A stretch of DNA of 64,000 nt, taken from Entomortierella parvispora E1425. Taxonomy: Eukaryota; Fungi; Mortierellomycota. Positions 63,447-64,000 of the stretch are shown here, piece after piece. The stretch is from the NCBI GenBank assembly GCA_020891255.1, contig BQFW01000006.1, positions 124,001-188,000 of the forward strand, written 5' to 3'. Both the position numbers and the translations under genes were made by a program. The first letter of the stretch is position 1; each line of letters opens with the position of its first letter. A model generated the notes under the pieces. That model was not told where the DNA came from, made no database searches, and saw only the letters and a list, made by a program, of their open reading frames with translations.

Positions 63447-64000
63447 TGAACGCTAGTGTCGGCGGTGCTGCTGTTTTTTCGATTTTGTATTCTGGCTAGC
63501 CACATTTTAGCAGAACCAATTCCTTAACCATTGAAGCATCCAATAAAAAGTCATCTGTTAATTGCGCGCATCCAGCTTACAAGGAGTGTCCAGTGTGTGT
63601 GGGACGTGTCGAAACTCATCCGTTCGCAAGCAAGAACGAGGATCAGGGGGATATTCTTTCCAAGATAAGTCCGGGGGGGGGGAAGTTGTATATCTTTAGT
63701 CCAGCGAACGGCGACCATATTGTGACCCTGAATCCAAAGCAACTAAATACACTGCAACGCCTCACGGGTTGCTATCAGGAATTCAGAGAGATACACGGAC
63801 GATTTATTGGACAATGGAGATCACTTGAGTGCCAACTCGTCAGACCCAACTCTGGTTGGTTTCTCCGATTTACAATGATGGTAATTTCTCTGTTTGTTGG
63901 ATGTCTGACGTTTGCCGGTTGGACTACCGGGAGCCCAACCAAAGACCTTAACAAGTATCCGAGTCGGTAAAGCCATCCTCTTCTGCATCAGCCGCAGCCT

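Noticed and set aside
63593-63970. 125-aa ORF with a C-terminal hydrophobic stretch after NLR2
   Set aside because: GTG start, no recognisable family, and too close to the window edge to support.

Overview
Intron-rich eukaryotic DNA, most likely from an early-diverging fungus. Mortierellaceae is my inference from gene content, short GT-AG introns with long T/A tracts and the NACHT gene architecture. Conserved housekeeping genes (MRE11, RAS, GBP2/HRB1-like RRM, GDT1, DCP1, SEN34, STIMATE-like, RPL40, RPL28, CAF1, eIF2B-beta, CK2-beta, TSC10) are interleaved with accessory segments. These segments are: (i) a tandemly duplicated O-methyltransferase block with orphan gene pairs and a chimeric remnant (1.6-8.4 kb); (ii) two paralogous NLR-like NACHT genes whose C-terminal sensor is 24-27 HEAT-like 33-aa repeats, both with ORF lesions (26-33 kb, 57-63.4 kb); (iii) a region with a 31-bp hairpin minisatellite, a pseudogene and ~310-bp duplicated promoter-like units (35-37.3 kb); (iv) a PD-(D/E)xK nuclease-fold pseudogene and a tiny secreted CxxxC/CxC peptide gene (39-42.3 kb); (v) a secreted GH25 lysozyme head-to-head with the second NLR. 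The NLR-HEAT genes, lysozyme, cysteine peptide and a Cys-rich receptor-like gene together suggest candidate innate-immunity components. Exon structures were read by eye and gene starts are best estimates.
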